DNA from: the human T2T-CHM13v2.0 reference genome, Homo sapiens
DNA: 64,000 bases
Assembly (NCBI RefSeq): GCF_009914755.1
Contig: NC_060936.1
Reading direction: 5' to 3' (one strand)
Position numbers and translations under genes: made by a program. A model generated the notes under the pieces. That model had not been told where the DNA came from. It saw only the letters and a list, made by a program, of their open reading frames with translations, and did no database searches. Every line of letters begins with the position of its first letter. The first letter of the stretch is position 1. Shown here one piece after another: positions 60,090-64,000 of this stretch.

Positions 60090-60705
60090 GAGTAGCTAGA
60101 GCCTAAAGTCTACCAACAATTTCCACTCGTATCCCCCAGATACTTCCGTTTCAGTATGTACAAAATGGAACCTACCTCCTCCCACTTCTATGGCCCAGTG
60201 AATGGTACTACTATCAGAAATCTAGAAATAATCCCACACTCCTCCCTCCACATCCGTTGGTTGCTATGTACCTGTGATCCTACCACCTAAATTTTTCTCA
60301 TGTCCTCTTATTTTTTCAGTCTCATCATTTCTCATCTGGACTACAGCAATTCCTAAATAAGTATTGCCATGCCTCCATCTAACTTATATTTCATAGTTTA
60401 ATAAAATGAATCTTTCAAAATGAAAATCTGATTAGTTTAATTCAAATGTCTTAGCTGGGAACCGAAGGCCTATTAGGATCTATTCCATGATTACCTCTCT
60501 AATGCCATCTCTTGGTACTTCATCTCATACCCTACACAGCAGCCGAATAAAACCAACAGCAATTTGCTGAATGAGTCCTGCTCCATCCCACCTTCATACC
60601 TTTCCCTAGAAAGTGCTTTTCTCTCTTTGCCTGGAAAACCACTATTCATGCTTTAACACTTAATTGATGCATTACCACCTTGAGGAATGCTACCTTGATT
60701 CTGCC
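60090..60705 (+). mobile_element. L2 fragment
   Basis: atgtacaaaatggaacct...ctcatcatttctcatctggactacagcaat...aatgaaaatctgat. Confidence 0.65.
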
Positions 60706-60709
60706 CCCA

Positions 60710-60925
60710 AGGAGCAGTATACCATGGTATTTAAGAACAGGGGTTCATGAGCTCAAGCTGCTAGCTCTATGACCTTTGTCAAATAATTTAACCTCTCTGT
60801 GCCTCAGTTTCCTCATTTGTAAGTTGGGGATAATTCCTCATAGGATTTTTGAGAAAATTGAACAAGACACTATATATAAAAGTGGTTTGAGCTGTTTCTG
60901 GAATATGGTAAGCACTCAATAATAT
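60710..60925 (+). mobile_element. MIR
   Basis: atttaacctctctgtgcctcagtttcctcatttgtaagttggggataat. Confidence 0.85.
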
Positions 60926-61979
60926 ATATGAGCTTTTTTCTTTCCAAGATTATGTTAAATTCCTTAGTTTTATGGTCCCAGACTTTCATGACCTACCCAA
61001 ATGTGATGGAAATTGTGGACTGATTCACAGAGTCTTATCAACTTGTCTTGTAGTTCGAGAAATTGAAAAGCTAAAAATGTTACACTCACTGCCTTCAGCT
61101 AACATTCTGCATGTATCCTATGCCTAACGGGTAAGATTTAAAGAGCAGAAACTAATCACAGGTCATCTTCCAGTCAGTTCTTTAGCAGTCTTTGCAAGCA
61201 AATATCATCTTGGAAATGACTATGTTTCAGCTGGTTCCCTGTTAGGAGTTTTGAATATTCATTCTTTGGTTTGCTGGGTGCCAGAAGCAAAAGCACAGTG
61301 GCAGCAGAGGTGTTGGTGGCAGTCTTGATTTTGGAACACCCTTTATGTGGCCTCACGGAAGCTCCCCTGTAGGTGAGATCTCTGTTGTTCTGAAGACATT
61401 GCTGGATCCATAAGACATAGTGAATCTTAACTAACAATCTAGGTCAACCCCAGTATAAACTTTCATTTCTTCCAGCATAAACTCTGCAATCCAGTCAGGG
61501 TGCTTCCCTACTTTCCAAATACTCCATGATTTCCTCATCTTCCCACTTTTCTTACGCCATTTCCACCTCACTCCCACCCCTCTAGAATCATTCTTGTAAT
61601 CCCAAATCTTCCATTTGACACTACCTTTTAGAAAACTCCTTCATTTATATGCAGTCATAGCTCCAATATAAACACTTTTTATTTGGCAATTTTTGGCAAA
61701 AGTAATCTGCAACAATAAAACAAGGATTAGGCAAGTTTACATACATATGATCACAACCTAGCCAAGAAAACTTCATTAATCATTTCCATAGAGGCCATAT
61801 TTAACTTAGAGATCTTTTTCTCAGGACTTTGTAGGCTTTTTCAAAGTCTATTTAATGCCTCTTACTTCTGGTAAAAGAAATTTCTGCAGCCCCAAGTTCA
61901 ACATATAAATAATTTTAAGCTAACTTATATCACCCTTGGGGAATACAACATTTTGAATCAAAAGAGCCAGTTTAAACCA

Positions 61980-62120
61980 GGCCTGGTGGCTCACTTCTGT
62001 AATCCTCGCACTTTTGGAGGCCAAGGCAGGAAAATTGCTTGAGCCCAGGAGTTCAAGACCAACCTAGGCAATATGGCAAGACCCTGCCTCAATTTTTTAA
62101 ATAAAATTTTAAAAAAATTA
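61980..62120 (+). mobile_element. FLAM_C / free left Alu monomer
   Basis: Single arm; long TSD aaaagagccagttta(a/g)acca. Confidence 0.88.
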
Positions 62121-62871
62121 AAAAGAGCCAGTTTAGACCAAATATGTGTTCCAAGATCTACCATTTTTAGGTAATGCTGAATTTCAGCACTCTTTTATTA
62201 GAATAGGGAATAGACCACAGTCTACAATCAGGTTATATATTTTAAAGCTGGAGATATAAGTTTTGATTCTACCTTGTTCAGTGATCTTAGGTAAGTAGTT
62301 TAAACTATCTGAGTAAATTATACAATTTAAGTAAAAGTCAGCAGCATAAAAACACTGCAATTCTAAAGCTACTGAGGTTGCTTTAGAAACACAGTCCTCT
62401 AAAACTGAGGGTCCTCTACCGTGTCTTCTCTGAAGTGGCTCTTTTACTGTCCAAGCCATTTTGAACATGTGGGTTCCAATATGCTTCAGTAGAAACCTTC
62501 CTGTGAGGAAAGTAACCTTAACTCAGTTTTTTGCTAAGCTCTGTTACATGCTATATATGTATATATATATAGCATCTGATAGTTTCAAAAGTCTTAAGTA
62601 CCTTTTTGTGTAACAGCTCAGGATTTTTAGATTCCCTCTTTATTGAAGATAAAGCCTTCAGCGTGAGTGAAAGGCACTGACCTGACTAGCAATTTGAGTA
62701 GATACACAAAGCTGGACACTCAAAATTGTCTCTGTCTTCTGATACTGCCACACTGTAAAGGAAAACCCTAAGTACCCCAGCTCTCTCTTCTCTTAAGCCC
62801 AGTGCGTCCCCAGGAAGCATCTTAGTCATGACACCCCTGGTGGTCCATCCTTCCAGCTTCCATACATGAAT

Positions 62872-63477
62872 AGTATATTCCTTCACTATTGCTGCTTTAA
62901 CGAATTACCACAAATGAAGTGGCTTACGGCAACACCCAAGCATTATCTCACAGTTCTACAGGTCAGAATTCCAGGGGAGGCTCAGCTGGGTCCTCTGGTC
63001 AGAGGTCATCAAAGTGCTGGCTGGTCTGGACTCTTATCTGGAGGCTCTGGGGGAGACCCTGCTTCCATGCTTATTCAGATTGCCAGTATGGTGGGTCCTG
63101 TTGCCTTGCTGGCTGTGGGCCAGGGCTCATTTTCAGCTTCTGGAAGTTGCCAATTGTCCTTGGGGTTATGCTCCGCTCCTTCAAAGCCAGCAACAGAGCT
63201 TCAATTCCTTCTTACATTTCAAATCAATCGGATGTCTTCTGTTACATCTCTCTAACTTCCTGCCTTCTTCTTCTGCCTTATTCTTCTGGTTTGAGGGTTC
63301 ATGTGAATACATTGGGTCTACCCAGAAAATCCAAGAATCTCCTTATTTTAAGATTAAATAATTAGTAACTCTATTTATATCTGCAAAGTTCCCTTTGCCA
63401 TGTAAGATAATATATTCATGCTGCCAGGGATTAGGGGCTACAGAGTGTTCTTGGGGGCTTTAATTCTGCCTACCACA
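62872..63477 (-). mobile_element. MLT1D/E-type LTR
   Basis: ctattgctgctttaacgaattaccaca...ttatctcacagttct...ctgcaaagttccctttgccatgtaa...ttctgcctaccaca. Confidence 0.85.
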
Positions 63478-63613
63478 ATCAGACATGTCTGAAACCAAGG
63501 CTTTCCAGCTGGGGCACCTGGTTCTTACAGCACTCAGTGAACCAGGGAGATGGTAGAAATCTTTATCTGCAAGTGTCCACCTAAAATCCATGAAGGATAC
63601 AACTTATTTGTTA

Positions 63614-63958
<345 letters not shown>

Positions 63959-64000
63959 TTACACTCTCCTATCCAATATCCTTTATCAAAAAATGTAGAA

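Noticed and set aside
62866-63365. Three overlapping plus-strand ORFs of 115-148 aa
   Set aside because: Essentially confined to an MLT1 LTR.

Overview
Primate (almost certainly human) AT-rich, repeat-dense genomic DNA with no intact protein-coding gene, RNA gene or CpG island. The main feature is a 5'-truncated, intron-containing copy of the T-box gene TBX20 on the minus strand. It consists of an exon-5-like segment (29423-29581, 159 nt) and an exon-6-like segment (20051-20127, 77 nt), 9.3 kb apart. The copy has a dead exon-5 donor (AT instead of GT) and substitutions in conserved T-box motifs (FPET->LPET, KGFRD->KGFWD). Exons 1-4 are absent from the 34 kb upstream, and an Alu lacking its 3' end and tail at ~32855 is the best candidate duplication junction. 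From recalled genome organisation (not verifiable here), this fits the TBX20 duplicate at 12q14.2 upstream of DPY19L2, in which case ~33-60 kb would be the distal low-copy repeat involved in recurrent DPY19L2 deletion. The rest is about 26 Alus, old L1/L2/MIR fragments, MaLR/ERV solo LTRs and DNA-transposon fossils. Speculative signals are an in-frame surrogate first exon for the TBX20 fragment and a series of possible decayed minus-strand exons at 33-63 kb. Repeat subfamily names come from recall of consensus sequences, and old-repeat boundaries are approximate.
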